From Catajapyx aquilonaris (Eukaryota), in contig JYFJ02001411.1 in the NCBI GenBank assembly GCA_000934665.2, positions 1 through 64,000 on the forward strand: DNA of 64,000 nt, in the 5' to 3' direction. Positions within the stretch are counted from its first letter, which is position 1; every line of letters starts with the position of its first letter. The position numbers and the translations under genes are program-made. Shown here piece after piece: positions 60,950 through 64,000 of the stretch. Below the pieces are notes generated by a model. That model was not told the origin of the DNA and searched no databases. It saw only the letters and a program-made list of their open reading frames with translations.

Positions 60950-61740
60950 TCTGTCTGCCCGTCTGTCAGTCTGAATGAAATTATTCCAGGGAAATAGATC
61001 TCTCGTTTCCGTTCTGCTCATGCGGACTCAAAGTCCCTTCAGGCTCAAACCAGGAATAGTATACAGTCAGGCTCCACAAGCGTACCATACCTTTATACAT
61101 AAATGACAGAATAAGTGTCGCCACATGAATCTGAATATCTCACATTCTGTCTAGTTGAAAACATCACTTTTTTATTACAAGTCGAGCAAATGGTATGTAA
61201 AAAAATTCATATAAGCCCTAAGTGCGATGTTATGTTTATTGTAGGTGTTAAATCACACTTTCGTAGACGTTTGCGCAGTTCTGGTTCACTTGAAATTTAT
61301 ATCTGGTCTTTGCATAAAATATTACATTGGTCTGTCTGGGGGCCAAATGGTTTTAACTTTTGCAACCAGTATTGGAAAAAGTCCAACAGACGGATTCAAC
61401 GCTCTAACAAATGCGGGGATATACTGATGGTTCCAGAGGGTGGGCATCACGACAGAAGAAGAATAATAAAAAATTCCTTTCCATGTAGCACCGCGATAAA
61501 TCCACTCCATGCCACATGCGCTAACTACTTCCAATACTTTCAGAGATATCTACGGGTGGTAACGGAAGATGCTCCATGGTATAAGTTCAGAGGTAGCTTC
61601 GATTGGCACCTCTGTATAAATATACCCGGTGGAGCCAAACTTCCTGTAACGATGCTGGATCCTTCCTACAGGTGGGTTAGTAGTGAAAATTGCCAGCGGT
61701 TTGAAGAAGATAGAGCATCAAGCTTATGGATTAATTAGAT
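60950..61740 (+). pseudogene. Possible highly decayed non-LTR retrotransposon reverse-transcriptase fragment in the large RyR intron
   Basis: Frameshifted peptides LFQGNRSL, LYINDRI and ISPKC occur in the order expected for RT motifs QG, YxDD and NxxK. The similarity is weak and judged by eye only. Confidence 0.3.
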
Positions 61741-64000
61741 AGATGCGCGGCCTGAGACAAAGAGCTGCTCAAATTCATGGTACTTACAAGAGATTCCTTT
61801 CCCTGCAAGGAACAAATAGCAGCATTTTCACATCAGGCACACTATCCTATTAAAATTATTGGGACGCGCACTAATTCTAATAACTAGAGGGAGTTGGTAT
61901 CTCTCGCCGATATCATGCGCGTCGCTAAAGCGCATCGCGTCAAGTAACGTCAAGAGATATCAATTCCCTAACTAAATTTGTCCACCAAAGTTAATAAAAC
62001 CATACCAAGGGCAGTGGTGATTACAGGGTGCGATATGGGCACCAGTTAGGTTATATTTTGAGGGATGCCTCCAGAGAGTTCATCCGCATGAGGTCTTACA
62101 AATTAGTCCTAATTAGATGAAGGTTAATTGGGTGGTTCAAACCAGTAATCACGCCTCGTCTTCGCCATGAGCCACCTACCTGCCCCATTGATTTGTGCGC
62201 TTTAATGGACTCAGGTTCATTTTAAAGCACCTTTTCATCTAAACCAAAACCGATTATTTTGTGCAAACATCCTGAGCACTAAGGTTTACATAAGATTTCA
62301 TCAACCGCTATATTTGAGTACATCTTGGATGAAAATTTTTGCAAAACTTTGCTTGACAAACCCTCCTACACATCCGGAAATTAAGCCAAAAAATTAATAC
62401 ACTTTCCGCTCATTAGTGTACTCATAGTCATAATAAAACACCACAGCCTGTCCAAGTTTGCAAGCAGTGCCACTACATGTTTTTGTCATTTAACCAATTT
62501 TGCTCCAATTTTCCTCCAACAAGCCCCTGCTGAAAACATCCTCCATGTAATTAATGTCTGCCACCCTCGTTCAGAAAACTCTGGAAGAGCTAGATAAGCG
62601 AGAAGAAAATCCCTCCAGCCTCTAATTTCATATAGGTTCTCTCCTTTTTTCCATTTTTCCTTCTTTCTCTACTTTCTCTCTCTCGCAGGCGCTAACGATC
62701 TTTCCTGTCTGAGATAGTCCATCACTATCTGCCTTCCTCATTCCCGGAATTTCAGTTTACAGCCTTTGGCGAGAGAAGCCCTTCAAAGCGAGACCCCGGC
62801 TGGAAATGCCTCCTGCTTCATTAGGTAAAGCTCTAACCTAAAGCCTAGTTTCCCTGTTCCTTCGAATTGACTTCAACCCAGTTGGTCTGGGTCATATGTA
62901 AACACCTTGTGAGATTGCTTTTCACACCATCGCAATGCGGTATTACCTACTAAGAGGAATATAAATCGGTAGTACAATACAAGAGCCATATTGGTAATAA
63001 ATGTCGGAATAGTTGGCCGAATTATAATGCAAAGGAGTATAGGAACCCCCTTTGAGCATGTGCCCCTGCCACTCACAAAGAAGGATTCCAATCAATTGTG
63101 ATTGGGAAACGTGATCAAAGTGCGTCCCAGATCTGCATTCAAAGCAGGTGTAATGAGATCCAATTTATTTAAAAAAAAATGGGACGCAAATATTCCTGCA
63201 AAATCGCTTTTTCATTACGTTCCATTTTAGTGCGCACAGACAATTAAACAATCATTTGCAGCGATTTCCAGTGAATCGATACAGTCAAAAAATTTTTAGC
63301 AAGGTCACTTAAATCATCAAATATTTTGCAAAAAAAATCAGGGCTCCCGCTGTGATAAATCAATTTCCCATGCCCCAGATTAATAAAAAAATCCTGCGTA
63401 CCTCGCCCCTTTTCAATTCGATCTAGTACTATGCACCATTACGCATGACGCAATGCACCTAGATATCCCCCACAAAAAAAACCTCTCTAAAAATCCTATC
63501 CCAGCTGAATACACAACCGCTTTAAAAATAGTAAAACCGCTCCAACCTTCATCCCCGCAAACCCTATCCATTGTGTGAAATCTCCCATTGCATTTTAATC
63601 ACATTCCCAGCCTAATGTGAGCCCGAATCTGTCTCCTAATTGCAACACATACATGTTGTACTTTACGAAACCTGACACCTTTCATAAATGCAATTACACC
63701 CTCATTCTTCTGCTCAACCTCCAAACATTTTGCACATTTGCCTCCAGGTGCAATTGCCCTGATTGCAACCTGAGGCCATCGCATTAATTATCCCTGAAGG
63801 TAGTTGAGTTGCAAATGTATGACCAACATTGACCACATAAAACTTGTAGTAGCCTACCGCATTGCAATTCCACCTATCGCAATGACTCCATCAATTGCAT
63901 TAAATTGGCAACCCTCTAGAGCTGGGCGTGAGAAGTGTTACATAAAAGTTGGATAACCGAGTCGAATCGATCCACCAAAGAGAAGCTTGCATATAGCAGA

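Overview
This is eukaryotic, intron-rich arthropod genomic DNA (non-lepidopteran by ryanodine-receptor signature residues); no prokaryotic features, CRISPR arrays or true RNA genes were seen. Four spliced genes were reconstructed by hand from splice sites and reading phase. (1) WDR74/NSA1 ribosome-biogenesis factor, minus strand, 3' exons outside the window. (2) A SPATA17-like IQ-motif protein, plus strand, head-to-head with WDR74 with 232 bp between the ATGs. (3) A DH-PH RhoGEF of the PLEKHG1/2/3 (GEFmeso-like) family, minus strand, about 1024 aa, with candidate alternative first exons. (4) Most of a ryanodine receptor gene, minus strand, 23900-57576, with the N-terminal exons beyond the window end. 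The main finding is that RyR carries three pairs of tandem duplicated exons that look mutually exclusive: in SPRY2, in the calmodulin-binding helix, and in the helix directly before the EF-hand pair. This allows up to 8 regulatory isoforms, and I do not recognise the third pair as described. RyR also has an exon flanked by two consecutive GC-AG introns. Introns hold several non-autonomous transposons: fold-back Tc1/mariner MITEs built from two transposase 3' ends, a TTAA Kolobok-like element, a hAT-like element containing a Helentron-type element and a tRNA-derived SINE, and a perfect 49-bp hairpin. All family assignments come from recalled motifs, not database searches.
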